DNA of 64,000 bases from Turneriella sp. (GTDB lineage: Bacteria; Spirochaetota; Leptospiria; Turneriellales; Turneriellaceae), in NCBI GenBank assembly GCA_965279515.1, contig CBDIID010000003.1:4672001-4736000 (forward strand). Reading direction: 5' to 3'. Positions 1-9,837 of the stretch are shown one piece after another. Within the stretch, counting starts at the first letter, position 1; the number at the start of each line of letters is the position of its first letter. Under the pieces are notes generated by a model. It had not been told where the DNA came from and did no database searches. It saw only the letters and a list, made by a program, of their open reading frames with translations. A program made the position numbers and the translations under genes.

Positions 1-2
1 GG

Positions 3-554
3 TTTTACCTGGCCTGCGCCCTGGGGTCGAGCCTTGCCTTCCTGGGGCTCTCAGCCATCTTTCCGCTGATGCGCAATGATATTTTCACGACCTCTACGGG
101 GGTAAATTTAGGACTGCTCATCGCCTATGCGATCTACTGGCCCGACCGGCAGATTTGGTTCTTTTTCCTTTTCCCTTTGCGCATGAAATTTGTGGCGCTC
201 ATTACCGGTGTGATTGCCATTATGTATGCGATTTCCTCGGCGCCGTTCGCGCTCGCCGCTGCCGGCCACGTGGGTGGCCTCATTGCGGCGGGGCTTATCC
301 TGTTGTTATCGGGTGGCGAACCCGCGCGCCTCGACCGGCCTTTCCAAAAGCTCGCCGAAAAATTCCGGCGCGTCGAAGTGAAGTCGACCGGCAAAGGTGC
401 GGGTAAGGGCAAAGGCGAAGCGGGGGAAAACCTCGAGGTCAAAATCGATGCGATTCTGGACAAAATCTCGCGCGGCGGCATGAAGAGTTTAACCAGCGAA
501 GAAAAACAATTTCTCCGCGATGCATCCGACCGGATGAATAAGACAAAACACTAA
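3..554 (+). CDS. Rhomboid-family intramembrane protease-like protein (5' truncated by window edge) with C-terminal DUF6576-like helical domain
   Basis: Frame open from position 3 (FYLACALGS); TM segments, GLLIAYA.YWP, AGHVGG; tail IDAILDKISRGGMKSLTSEEKQFL. Confidence 0.75.
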   Translation, partial: FYLACALGSSLAFLGLSAIFPLMRNDIFTTSTGVNLGLLIAYAIYWPDRQIWFFFLFPLRMKFVALITGVIAIMYAISSAPFALAAAGHVGGLIAAGLILLLSGGEPARLDRPFQKLAEKFRRVEVKSTGKGAGKGKGEAGENLEVKIDAILDKISRGGMKSLTSEEKQFLRDASDRMNKTKH

Positions 555-2633
555 TTATTCAGGAAACGTAATATACTCTTGCCGGTGATTTTCGTCGTGG
601 TACTTGCGGTCATATGTCGGGTTCTGTTTCACCTGATCTTCCACAGAACGTTTAAGACCCGCATGCTTCAGGCTTTCGAGATCTGTTTTGGGTTGGTAAG
701 AGGATATCTTGCTGTAAAGCGCCTCCATCTCATAACGGTCGAAGGGGTCGGAAAACAATTTCTGTAAAAAAGAATAGATCGCAAGCGGCGATTCTGTGCT
801 GCCGCTGTCGGTGAGTATCTCATACGCCAGCGCTGCGCTTTTTTTGCGGTCGCGCTTGATAGCATAGAGTTCCATGAGCAGCTTCTTGTCGTAACTGGTA
901 TTGTCCTTTTTCAGTTGAATGAGGCTTGTCAGAATCTGGATCTGCCGGTCGATCAGGCCGCGCGCCGCCGCCAAGGCCGAAAGCTCGCGCAGAAAAGCCG
1001 GATCGTCTTTATAAAAGGGGAGAATCTGCTCATAGAGATTCATCGCCTCACTGACCAGGTCGCGTTTTTTTTCGGCACGCGCAAGACTCATGAGCCGAGG
1101 TGCGTTTTCAGAATTGATGGCCTTCGCCATCGCCGTCTCTCCCGCGATGCTTTGCCCTAAATTTTTGATATTGCGCAGGTTACCGCCGTCCGCGATGAAA
1201 ATTTCGCAGTGGCCGAAATAATCGAGCATGCGGCGCAGCGCGATGAGTGCGGCGGGGGCCGCGTAGTTTTCGAGGCTCTTTTCGTCGAGAAAGTAAGTGC
1301 GGTCCCATTTACGCACATAGCAGGCATAACCAAGCTTGAGTGCAAAAAAAGCCGGGTTCGCGTCGAAGGTCGCGATATTTTGTCCCTGCCATGACGGATC
1401 GCCGAGCAACTCGTCGGGCAGCATGTTCGTGAACAGCGTATGGCCCGATGTCTTTTGCAGCGATAAGATCGTCATTAAGAGGCCTGCATCCGGAAGCTGT
1501 GGCTTATGGACTTTAAGCCCGGGCGAACGGAAAAATTCGCGCGTGACCGAGTTTGAGTACTTCCACTGGATTGCCAGTACCCAGCCGATGACGGCGACGG
1601 CGAAGAGGGCGGTGATCGCTTTGCGCCAGTTCTTGGCGACATAGATGAGGATTCCCGTCAGAAACAGGGCGATGAGTACGCCCAGGAGAATCTGCAGCCA
1701 TTCTGAGGCGATATAATAACCGCTGATAGCGCCGCCGATCGCAAGGCCGGCGAGAATTTTCTCACGCCTGAGGTAAATTTCATGCGCCTTCGAGAAGTAT
1801 AAACCCTCCCAAATCGCCAGCAGCGAGTAGGCGGCGGCGCCCCAGTAGGTGTAGTGCAGAAAATTAAAAGTCACCGCCAATACGATGAACATCACGGGCA
1901 GCGACATGAGCCCCTGCTGTATGTGCGGCCGCACCGTGCCGAAGTAGCGGATGAGCTGCGGTACGACCAACCCGACTGCGCAGATCAGCACCACGAACAG
2001 CAGATGTTCGCGGTTCTGCCCCAGCGTGGCATGGAATGCCTGGGCGAGAAAGAGATAGCGTAAAAAATCGATGAGCTGCCGGAGTGTCAGCAGGCGTTCG
2101 AGCGCAACATCCCACGCTCTGCCTTCCTGCGCGCGCGCGAGCAGAATCGCCACTGCGGCGAAGAGCGGGGCGAAGCGCGGATTTTCCAGGAACCGTCCGG
2201 CATAGAGCGAGAGAATGACACCCAGCAGCAGGTAAATTTTCGCCGCCTGGAAGAAAAAGGCATGGCGGGCCAGTTCATACCAAAGAACGAGCGAGAGCAG
2301 CGTCAGCGGTACCGGGAAAAACAGGTAGGCATTGTCAGCGCCGAAAGCCTGGAACAGGAAAAAGAGCGCAGCGTTGATGACGGTAACAATAATCAAAGTA
2401 ACAGTAAATTTCTTCCACGAACGAGCGGGCGCGACCTTGTGGAGCGCTGCGGCAAGAAAAGCGATGCCGAAAAGTATCAGCGCAAACTGCGTCAGCGGAA
2501 AAAAACCGCGGTAGAACGGGAAAAAATTGTCGAGCAGGCCGCGGAAATAAAGAAAAAAGCTAAATCCCCAGAAAAACGCCGAGAACCGGAAAAAAACATC
2601 CTTGCGGTTGCCTTTCCGGAACCAGTTAAACAT
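555..2633 (-). CDS. Polytopic membrane protein with C-terminal TPR-like domain, function unknown
   Basis: 692-aa ORF; many hydrophobic segments in first ~360 aa, helical TPR-like C-terminus (EAMNLYEQIL..PAFLRELSALA); 2 nt after exbD. Confidence 0.6.
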   Translation of the reverse strand: MFNWFRKGNRKDVFFRFSAFFWGFSFFLYFRGLLDNFFPFYRGFFPLTQFALILFGIAFLAAALHKVAPARSWKKFTVTLIIVTVINAALFFLFQAFGADNAYLFFPVPLTLLSLVLWYELARHAFFFQAAKIYLLLGVILSLYAGRFLENPRFAPLFAAVAILLARAQEGRAWDVALERLLTLRQLIDFLRYLFLAQAFHATLGQNREHLLFVVLICAVGLVVPQLIRYFGTVRPHIQQGLMSLPVMFIVLAVTFNFLHYTYWGAAAYSLLAIWEGLYFSKAHEIYLRREKILAGLAIGGAISGYYIASEWLQILLGVLIALFLTGILIYVAKNWRKAITALFAVAVIGWVLAIQWKYSNSVTREFFRSPGLKVHKPQLPDAGLLMTILSLQKTSGHTLFTNMLPDELLGDPSWQGQNIATFDANPAFFALKLGYACYVRKWDRTYFLDEKSLENYAAPAALIALRRMLDYFGHCEIFIADGGNLRNIKNLGQSIAGETAMAKAINSENAPRLMSLARAEKKRDLVSEAMNLYEQILPFYKDDPAFLRELSALAAARGLIDRQIQILTSLIQLKKDNTSYDKKLLMELYAIKRDRKKSAALAYEILTDSGSTESPLAIYSFLQKLFSDPFDRYEMEALYSKISSYQPKTDLESLKHAGLKRSVEDQVKQNPTYDRKYHDENHRQEYITFPE

Positions 2634-2635
2634 GA

Positions 2636-3034
2636 CTATTTGTCTGTGGCAAGATTAAAGCGCGTCACTCCCGCTTTATTGAGTTCATCCATCACTGAGA
2701 TAACCATCTGGTACGAAGAGCGTTTATCGCCGCGGATGATGACCTGGTCTTTTTCTTTGTCTTTGATGAGATCGACAACGGTTTTACCGAGTTCTTTCAA
2801 AGCCACGTTTTTCTCATTCACAAAAATCTGGTTTTCCTGGTTGATGAGAACGATCAGCGGTTGCGTCTCGGCAGACTGCGAGGTATCTGATTTCGGCAGT
2901 TCGATCTTGATCGAGGGGTTGTTCGCCAGCGTCGCATTCATGAGAAAGTACGTCACGAGCAGAAAAAGAATGTCTACGAACGGCGCGAGCTCGATGCCCG
3001 TGCGGATATTGAGGCGCTTACGTGTGCGCAGCAT
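2636..3034 (-). CDS. exbD: ExbD/TolR biopolymer transport protein
   Basis: LAPFVDILFLLVTYF, IELPKS, IRGDKRSSYQMVISVMDEL. Confidence 0.9.
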   Translation of the reverse strand: MLRTRKRLNIRTGIELAPFVDILFLLVTYFLMNATLANNPSIKIELPKSDTSQSAETQPLIVLINQENQIFVNEKNVALKELGKTVVDLIKDKEKDQVIIRGDKRSSYQMVISVMDELNKAGVTRFNLATDK

Positions 3035-3654
3035 TATTCGAGTTCTTTAACCGCGCGTTCAACCAGCATCTCGCACTCATCCATGAGCTGGTTGGTGCGC
3101 TTCACATAATAGTTGAAAAAGATCAGCGCCGGAATCGCTATCATGAGACCCAGGGTCGTCGTGATGAGCGCCTCGTGGATACCGACGGTCAGCTGGTCGG
3201 AGCGACCTGCAGCGCGCGCAAATGCGCTGAACGCCTTGATCATCCCCGTTACCGTACCTAAAAGGCCGAGCATCGGCGCAAGCGTGGTTGTCGTACCCAG
3301 GAACGAAGTAAAACGTTCCATCGAGGTCTGTTCCGTGAGGATTTCTTCCTTTGCCAGGGCCAGTATGTCGGGCGAAGCGGCACGGTTTTCCAGGATACGC
3401 GCAACCGTGCGAAAGCCGGGGTGCAGTTTACCGGTGCAGAACTCTTTTGCCTGATCGTATTTTTTTGCAGAGATCAGGGCGATGAGGGCACGGCCATCTT
3501 CATGGACCAGCGGCGCATTGGCCCGAAACAGTATATAGCCGCGCTCCAGGGCGACGGTAAGCATCAGGATGGAAATGATCACGAGGATGGCGGAAATAAG
3601 CGAACTCGGCAGGCCGCCGATTCCCTGCGCCAGATACGAGTTAAAACTGTGCAT
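3034..3654 (-). CDS. exbB: MotA/TolQ/ExbB proton channel protein
   Basis: APMLGLLGTVTGMIKAF and GIHEALITTTLGLMIAIPA. Confidence 0.9.
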   Translation of the reverse strand: MHSFNSYLAQGIGGLPSSLISAILVIISILMLTVALERGYILFRANAPLVHEDGRALIALISAKKYDQAKEFCTGKLHPGFRTVARILENRAASPDILALAKEEILTEQTSMERFTSFLGTTTTLAPMLGLLGTVTGMIKAFSAFARAAGRSDQLTVGIHEALITTTLGLMIAIPALIFFNYYVKRTNQLMDECEMLVERAVKELE

Positions 3655-3748
3655 ATCTCAGACTCGATTTTTGAGTCTTACCGGCAACCGGGAAAATACA
3701 AGGATTTGGGTTCACGCGCTGTGTGATTTTCCGTTCCATGCACCCGAT

Positions 3749-4093
3749 ATGGTATCTTTTTCACCGCCACTCATTGCGCTGATCGTGGTTACGGCGCTAG
3801 CGCTCGGTGCCTTCCTGTATTTTTCCGTGCAGATGCACCGCGCGAAAGACCGTGCGCTCGCATGGCGCGGCATCGTTAAATTGCTGTCGCTCCATGGCGT
3901 ACCCGAAGCTCTCGCGCCTGTTTATACGAAATGGTTTGCCGCATTCTGGGCTTTTTTCCTGCTCGGCTGTATCAGTGTCGGGTATGTCGTCTGGGGCACG
4001 GACCATTCGTTTCTGATCGTGATTTTTCCGCTGCTGTTCTATTATTTCTTTGCGCGCTTTTTCCTCTGGGAAAAAGCCGACCTCACCGATTAA
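3749..4093 (+). CDS. Small membrane protein (about 3 TM), unknown function
   Basis: ATG at 3749 within ORF 3569-4093; hydrophobic helices. Confidence 0.55.
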   Translation: MVSFSPPLIALIVVTALALGAFLYFSVQMHRAKDRALAWRGIVKLLSLHGVPEALAPVYTKWFAAFWAFFLLGCISVGYVVWGTDHSFLIVIFPLLFYYFFARFFLWEKADLTD

Positions 4094-4781
4094 CTGCTTG
4101 CGCCGCCTCGCCGTTCTCGAAGAAGTCGATTCGACGAATAGTTGGCTGAAGCAGAATCCGGATTTCCACCGGCCCTGGAGCGGCGTGCGCGCGCTGCGCC
4201 AAACCGCGGGTCGCGGCAGGCTCGACCGCCAGTGGCATTCCGGCGCGCCGGGAACTGATTTGACCTGCTCTTTTGTCATGCCGGCACCGAAAGGTACGCT
4301 GCATGCTGTGCCGTTATTTGCGGCATGGGCTCTTCACCAGACTGTTTCATATTATGCGGATGTCAGAATCAAGTGGCCGAACGACCTGCTCTGGGATGGC
4401 AAAAAGCTGGCCGGCATTCTCTGCGAATCGTTGCCCCAGCATGCGGGCCTGGTGATCGTCGGCATCGGGCTCAATATCAACTCCGGTGAATTTCCGCCGG
4501 AGATTGCCGGCAATACCGCGTCGCTCACTCTCGCTACGGGGAAATCCCACTCTGTGGAGAGAATCTGGCTCGAACTCTACCGCGATCTCGTGCGTGTATT
4601 CCGCAAAGCGGTATATCCGCTGCCAGCCGGGTTTATACAGGGTTACAATGCAGTGGCGTACCGTTATGTGCGGCGCAGCGACGTGTCCGCAGAGCCGCTT
4701 CAGTTCAAAACATTACTTGCGGATGGCAGGGCGTCTTTTAATGCCGATAACCGCGAGGTTGTTTTAACCATGGCAGAGTAG
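4050..4781 (+). CDS. birA: Biotin-[acetyl-CoA-carboxylase] ligase without N-terminal HTH
   Basis: VDSTN, QTAGRGR, IKWPND, KKLAGIL, GIGLN motifs; start uncertain. Confidence 0.92.
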   Translation: MRAFSSGKKPTSPINCLRRLAVLEEVDSTNSWLKQNPDFHRPWSGVRALRQTAGRGRLDRQWHSGAPGTDLTCSFVMPAPKGTLHAVPLFAAWALHQTVSYYADVRIKWPNDLLWDGKKLAGILCESLPQHAGLVIVGIGLNINSGEFPPEIAGNTASLTLATGKSHSVERIWLELYRDLVRVFRKAVYPLPAGFIQGYNAVAYRYVRRSDVSAEPLQFKTLLADGRASFNADNREVVLTMAE

Positions 4782-4796
4782 GCGGGCGTTCGGCGC

Positions 4797-5063
4797 CTAC
4801 CAGCGGCCGATGTCACAGGATGCCTGCGCATAGTGCGCCTTGAGGTGGACGAAACAACCGCAGAGTTTGCAATTCGAGCCGAGCACAAGATACTCGCATT
4901 TTTTACAGACTGCAAGCCTTTCAGCGCGGACTGCTTCCGTGGCGAAATCGCCTTTAACGGTATCAACGGCAGCGTTGAGCAGGGTATATTTTTCGCGCGC
5001 GGCACAATCGCCGCAGGCGGCGCCCTTCTTGGGGAAGAGCATTTTGTTCAGGGTTGCCAGCAT
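4797..5063 (-). CDS. Small Cys-rich protein, DUF6171-like
   Basis: RLAVCKKC...CKLCGCFV.LKA....SC..GRW pattern. Confidence 0.65.
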   Translation of the reverse strand: MLATLNKMLFPKKGAACGDCAAREKYTLLNAAVDTVKGDFATEAVRAERLAVCKKCEYLVLGSNCKLCGCFVHLKAHYAQASCDIGRW

Positions 5064-5072
5064 AATGCAGGA

Positions 5073-5738
5073 TTACTCCCGCGCGAATTCAAGGAAATAC
5101 TGCGACGGCAGGAATTTCAGGTCACGTTTCAGCTTAAAGCCGGCCGTTTTGAACTCGCGCTTCACAGTATCTTTATCGACCAGATTTTCCGGAACCTCGC
5201 CTGATTCTTCGTCTGTTTTATCGAGCTTGGTGAAATCAATCACAACGATGCGGCCTTTGGGTTTCAGGTTCTCGGCCAGCGATTTGAAGTAGTTGGTGCG
5301 GTTTTCGAGGTACTGGTAGGTGTTGCAGAAAAAAATCAGGTCGTAGTATTTTTTCTCGAGAACGGGGTTGCGCGATTGAATCACATGCGCCTTATAATTC
5401 GCTGTCAGGTTGCGGTTATTCGCGTCGCGCTGCATAAACTCAACCATGGTCGGATTGATATCGTAGGCGATAGATAAACCCTTAGGGGAAACTTTCTCCG
5501 CAAAACGCCGCGAGAAATAGCCCGTGCCGGCGCCGATGTCGGCAACGATGTCGCCGTTCTTCAGCTTCAGCTCTTGCATCACTTTTTCGGGCATCTGCCA
5601 TTTCTGCCGGTCGGGCGATTCGAGAATGGTCGCGAGGCGCTCGATTTCAGCCGCGGCCTTTATTGCCTGCTCGGCGGCGGGGTCGGTCTTTTTGCAGCTT
5701 ATGGCGAGTATTGCCAGGCAGAGGGATAGGTGTCTCAT
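5073..5738 (-). CDS. Class I SAM-dependent methyltransferase, probable lipoprotein
   Basis: VADIGAGTGYF motif I; LKPKGRIVVIDF; signal MRHLSLCLAILAISC. Confidence 0.85.
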   Translation of the reverse strand: MRHLSLCLAILAISCKKTDPAAEQAIKAAAEIERLATILESPDRQKWQMPEKVMQELKLKNGDIVADIGAGTGYFSRRFAEKVSPKGLSIAYDINPTMVEFMQRDANNRNLTANYKAHVIQSRNPVLEKKYYDLIFFCNTYQYLENRTNYFKSLAENLKPKGRIVVIDFTKLDKTDEESGEVPENLVDKDTVKREFKTAGFKLKRDLKFLPSQYFLEFARE

Positions 5739-5827
5739 GTATCGGTTCAGTTGCATGCGTCTGGGGAGACATAACACTTAAATCGTTGCCACTGCGTCAT
5801 GCAGATTTTTATTTCCGGCGGACAACC

Positions 5828-6781
5828 ATGGCATCGAGTCCCAAAGCAATCTATTACGCCCTTGCCGCCAATGCAGGCATCGCGGCGACGAAATCGCTGG
5901 CAGCGTTTTTTACCGGTTCCACATCGATGACCGCCGAAGCAATCCATTCCTTTGCTGACTGCGGCAACCAGATACTGCTGCTTTTCGGCATGAAGCGCGC
6001 GGCTGCACCTGCCAGCGATCTGCACCCGCTGGGTTATGGCAAGGTCTCTTATTTTTGGTCCTTCATGGTGGCGCTCATGCTGTTTTCGGTGGGTGGTGTC
6101 TTTTCCGTCTATGAAGGCAGCCATAAACTGCTGCATCCGCAGGCCGTCGAAAGGCCGTGGATTGCCGTCGGCGTACTTTTTATCGGCGTGATTCTCGAAT
6201 CGTTTTCTCTCTATGGTGCCCTGAAAGAAATAAAACACACGCGCGGCAGCCGCACCCTCTACCGTTGGTTCAAAGATACACGGCAGAGTGAGCTGATGGT
6301 TGTGGTGGGTGAAGATATCGCCGCGCTTTTGGGTCTTGCGATTGCCTTGCTCTTCGTGTTCCTGACGCTCATCACGGGAAATCCCCTGTTTGATGCCGCC
6401 GGCAGTATCGCGATCGGGCTTCTGCTCATCACGATTGCGACGATGATGACGCTGGAGATTAAGAGTCTTATCATCGGCGAGAGCGCCGACGATGAATTTA
6501 AAAGCGACCTGAAGAATTTTCTCGGAAAAAACTACCCGCAGATTGAACTTCTGAACCTCATCACGCAGCACCATGGCCGCGACATCGTGCTCGCGATTAA
6601 AGCCCGCTTCAGAAAGTGGCCGCCTTCGGCGCGCGCGATGGTCGACCAGATCAATGACATTGAGGCAGCGATCCGGGTTGAATTTGGCGCGGTACGTTTT
6701 ATCTTCTTTGAACCCGATATCACGACCGAAGAGAAAATGCGGGCGGCGGCGAAGAAAAAACGTACACTTAAAAAGAAGTAG
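5828..6781 (+). CDS. Cation diffusion facilitator (CDF) family transporter
   Basis: AEAIHSFADCGNQ, HPLGYGK, 6-TM pattern; ATG 5828. Confidence 0.9.
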   Translation: MASSPKAIYYALAANAGIAATKSLAAFFTGSTSMTAEAIHSFADCGNQILLLFGMKRAAAPASDLHPLGYGKVSYFWSFMVALMLFSVGGVFSVYEGSHKLLHPQAVERPWIAVGVLFIGVILESFSLYGALKEIKHTRGSRTLYRWFKDTRQSELMVVVGEDIAALLGLAIALLFVFLTLITGNPLFDAAGSIAIGLLLITIATMMTLEIKSLIIGESADDEFKSDLKNFLGKNYPQIELLNLITQHHGRDIVLAIKARFRKWPPSARAMVDQINDIEAAIRVEFGAVRFIFFEPDITTEEKMRAAAKKKRTLKKK

Positions 6782-6783
6782 CA

Positions 6784-7638
6784 ATGTCGCGAGAATACCG
6801 CACAACCATAAAACATCCCGGCATCTATGAAGGCGTGGGTCTCCATTCCGGAGAAACCACACGGCTCTCCTTCTATCCAGCCGACTGCGGCGAGGGTATT
6901 GTGTTTTTCCGCGAGGGTGAGGGCGGGCGTTTCGCGGTCAAAGCCGCGCTTGAGAATGTCATCGACACATCGCTCGCGGTGACACTCGGCGCGGGTTCAG
7001 AGGCAGACCATCCCTTCCAGTTGCAGACCGTCGAACATCTACTCTACGCGCTTTTTGTTCTCGGCATTACCGATATTGCGATCGAAGTCGAAGGCGGCAA
7101 AGAAGTGCCGATCGCCGACGGCAGCGCAGGGCCTTTTATCCGCGCGCTGCAAAAACTCGAGCTGCACTATTATGGCGAGAAGGTGAGGCCGCTTGTGGTC
7201 ACGCGCCCGCTTTCTGTCACCGACGGGGATCGTTATCTTGTGGCGATGCCGTCGCCCGATTTCCAGGTTTCGTACTTCATTGATTATCCGCACCCGCTGC
7301 TGAAGAACCAGGCGGTGCAGCTCAAATACGATGAAACCATGTTCGTCGAGACAATCGGCTTCGCGCGTACCTTTGGTTTTATGAAAGACGTCGAATACCT
7401 GCGTTCGCGCGGGCTTGCCCAGGGCGGCAGCATCGATAATGCGGTGATCTATATGCCGGATGGCACGACGATGAACGATTTCAGGTTCGAGCGCGAATCG
7501 GTCTTCCACAAGATTCTCGACCTCATCGGCGACCTCGCGCTTGTCGGCCGGCCGATCCAGGGGCATATTCTCGGCGCGCGCGGCGGGCATGCGCTCGATG
7601 TCGCGTTTGGCAAAAAACTTTTGCAGGCGTTTGGATAA
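6784..7638 (+). CDS. lpxC: UDP-3-O-acyl-N-acetylglucosamine deacetylase
   Basis: GVGLHSG, TVEHLL, EVPIADGSA, ARTFGF, HKILDLIGDL. Confidence 0.96.
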   Translation: MSREYRTTIKHPGIYEGVGLHSGETTRLSFYPADCGEGIVFFREGEGGRFAVKAALENVIDTSLAVTLGAGSEADHPFQLQTVEHLLYALFVLGITDIAIEVEGGKEVPIADGSAGPFIRALQKLELHYYGEKVRPLVVTRPLSVTDGDRYLVAMPSPDFQVSYFIDYPHPLLKNQAVQLKYDETMFVETIGFARTFGFMKDVEYLRSRGLAQGGSIDNAVIYMPDGTTMNDFRFERESVFHKILDLIGDLALVGRPIQGHILGARGGHALDVAFGKKLLQAFG

Positions 7639-7650
7639 ATTTTTACCCGG

Positions 7651-8076
7651 CTACTTTAAGAAGCTCAATTTCAAATCGCGGTACCGGGTAAAATTTCGGT
7701 CGGCAGTTACAAAAGTGCAGTTATGCTCAATGGCGAGGGCCGCGATATAACAGTCAGGAACCAGGTTACCGCGGGTTTCAGCTACACGCAGCAATGCGGT
7801 AAAAATGCCCCAATGGTCTTTGCCGGGCATTACCTCGACAGTGTTTTCAAGGTTCCTTAAATATTCAGTGAATGCCAGCGCTGTAGGGAGCGGGGTAGGC
7901 GTTTTAAAAACTTTCGAATGGGTCACAACCCGTACGAAGCCACTGAGAACAAGAGATGAATAGGCCCAGAGACTGCCACTCTGTGCCGTGGCGGTCAAAA
8001 ATTTCCTGGCAGCGGCATGCCGTTCGGCATCAGCCCTGTGTGCGTAGACGAGAATATTGACATCACAGAGTGTCAT
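7651..8076 (-). CDS. vapC: VapC-family PIN-domain toxin
   Basis: DVNILVYAHR, GNLVPDCYIAALAIEH, TADRNF; start overlaps antitoxin 3' end. Confidence 0.92.
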   Translation of the reverse strand: MTLCDVNILVYAHRADAERHAAARKFLTATAQSGSLWAYSSLVLSGFVRVVTHSKVFKTPTPLPTALAFTEYLRNLENTVEVMPGKDHWGIFTALLRVAETRGNLVPDCYIAALAIEHNCTFVTADRNFTRYRDLKLSFLK

Positions 8077-8311
8077 TTTCCATCCGCTCAAGCAGTGCCG
8101 CGTTGTTGTCCAGATCTACACCGCTTTGCAGCCCCTCGCCTTTGAATACCGGCAATTGTATTTTCCGTTTCTGCCCGCGTGTCTGGTTTCTGCGCAGAAG
8201 TGATTCCCGGAGCGCCTCAGTGGTAAAATCCGTAAAAGTCCGGCCTTCTTCGGCGGCCTGCTTCTTGACGGCTTTCAGCAGCCGGTCTTCGATGTACAGG
8301 GTTGTCCGCAT
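8063..8311 (-). CDS. vapB: VapB-like ribbon-helix-helix antitoxin
   Basis: MRTTLYIEDRLL..VKKQAAEEGRT; tail GLQSGVDLDNNAALLERME; upstream of PIN toxin. Confidence 0.88.
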   Translation of the reverse strand: MRTTLYIEDRLLKAVKKQAAEEGRTFTDFTTEALRESLLRRNQTRGQKRKIQLPVFKGEGLQSGVDLDNNAALLERMENDTL

Positions 8312-8347
8312 ACGTAAAAACATATTTAAAAAGCATTAATATGTCAA
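8312..8347 (-). promoter_or_regulatory. Sigma70-like promoter of vapBC with overlapping inverted repeat
   Basis: Minus strand TTGACA-17nt-TATGTT, then 7 nt to ATG; ACATATT...AATATGT arms. Confidence 0.65.
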
Positions 8348-8411
8348 TAAATTTCAGACAATCCTGTCCGGTTTGGAAATCAAATCCGAAACATAGTTTA
8401 CGCGCCCCTCA

Positions 8412-9800
8412 ATGCAAAGAAACGACCTCATGGTCGAAGCCGTCCCAACCACAGCCCAACTTCCTCCTGGCCCCAAGGTGAATCCCTTTGAAATCGTCAA
8501 AGAACTGCTGGCCGGTGATACGCAGATTGTCACCAACCCGCTTGCATACTTCAGAAAATTGCATGATGAATTCGGCGATCTCGTCTATTCTGATTTCGGT
8601 ATTGGCCGTTATTATTTTACCGACAACTCGGCGCTGATCCGCAAGATTTTTGTCACGGAGCCCCGCAGCTATGCGAAGGCCGACGCCTATAAAGAAGCCG
8701 CACTTTTCCTGGGCAAGGGCATACTCAACAGCGAAGGCGAATTCTGGCAGACGCAGCGCGGCATGGTGCAGCCGGCATTCCAGAAGAGCCGCCTGCACGC
8801 CTTTGCCCGCTCGATGGCGGCAACTTCGGATGCGGCGATGGCTGATCTGCCCTCCACGGTAGATGTTTCCTCATTGGCGATGCATGTCGCCCTGGAAAAC
8901 ATCTGTAAGTTCCTGTTCGGTTCAGATTTTGCCGCGAATGAGAAGGTCATCCGCGAAGCGGTCCACTTCGGTAATGATTTTATCAGCCGCCGCATTCAGG
9001 CACCAGTCAAGCTGCCGATCTTTGTACCCGCGATTAAGAATCTGCGTTTCCTGTATTACCGCTTTGTGCTCGACCAGATTCTGTACCGCATCATCGACCA
9101 GCGGTTAGCCGAGGGGGATCAACCACAGCGTGACCTTCTGGGCATGTTACTGACAGCGGAAAAGGAACATGGTCACGGAAAAGTGCGTAAGGAGCAGGTA
9201 CGCGATGAGATTCTGACGCTGCTCATCGCCGGGCATGAAACCACGGGGTTCACTCTCGCGATGGCGCTCTGGCTATTGGCCAAATACCCGCAAATACAGG
9301 AAAAGTTACGCGATGAACTCACAGAAAAACTTTCCGGGGGCGCGGATATTAACCCCGAGGAACTCGAAAACTGCCCCTACCTCGAAGCCGTTGTCAACGA
9401 AACGCTGCGGCTATACCCCGCCGCCTGGATCATTGGCCGCCGCACGGTTGCCGATGAGGAATTTGAGGGCTATTTGCTCAAAAACGATTCGGAGCTGCAG
9501 ATCTGTATTCTCGCCCTGCACCGCAATGCCAAATACTGGTCTGAACCCGATACATTCAAGCCGGAGCGTTTTCTCGGGGAAACTCCCGAGCCGAGCGCAA
9601 AACAGGCCTATATGCCGTTCGGCGCCGGACCGCGCCGCTGCATCGGCAATATCTTTGCCCTCATGGAGATGCAGATCGCGATTGCGAAAATCCTCATGCG
9701 CTACCGCCTGAAGCTGCAAAACCCCGCCGAGCCGGAAATCGAGTATCTTTTTACTGCGCGCCTCAAGCATCCCTTGCCGGTAGAGTTTGAAAGTTTGTAA
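8412..9800 (+). CDS. Cytochrome P450
   Basis: AGHETT I-helix, ETLR, PERF, FGAGPRRCIG heme ligand. Confidence 0.96.
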   Translation: MQRNDLMVEAVPTTAQLPPGPKVNPFEIVKELLAGDTQIVTNPLAYFRKLHDEFGDLVYSDFGIGRYYFTDNSALIRKIFVTEPRSYAKADAYKEAALFLGKGILNSEGEFWQTQRGMVQPAFQKSRLHAFARSMAATSDAAMADLPSTVDVSSLAMHVALENICKFLFGSDFAANEKVIREAVHFGNDFISRRIQAPVKLPIFVPAIKNLRFLYYRFVLDQILYRIIDQRLAEGDQPQRDLLGMLLTAEKEHGHGKVRKEQVRDEILTLLIAGHETTGFTLAMALWLLAKYPQIQEKLRDELTEKLSGGADINPEELENCPYLEAVVNETLRLYPAAWIIGRRTVADEEFEGYLLKNDSELQICILALHRNAKYWSEPDTFKPERFLGETPEPSAKQAYMPFGAGPRRCIGNIFALMEMQIAIAKILMRYRLKLQNPAEPEIEYLFTARLKHPLPVEFESL

Positions 9801-9837
9801 TGGCTAAACATTCTGTTCGACCAAGGAAGATTCAGTC

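Noticed and set aside
2262..3050. 262-aa plus-strand charged ORF
   Set aside because: Antisense to exbD and to TM-coding sequence, which explains its composition
5747..6862. 371-aa antisense ORF
   Set aside because: Shadow of the CDF transporter; no motifs
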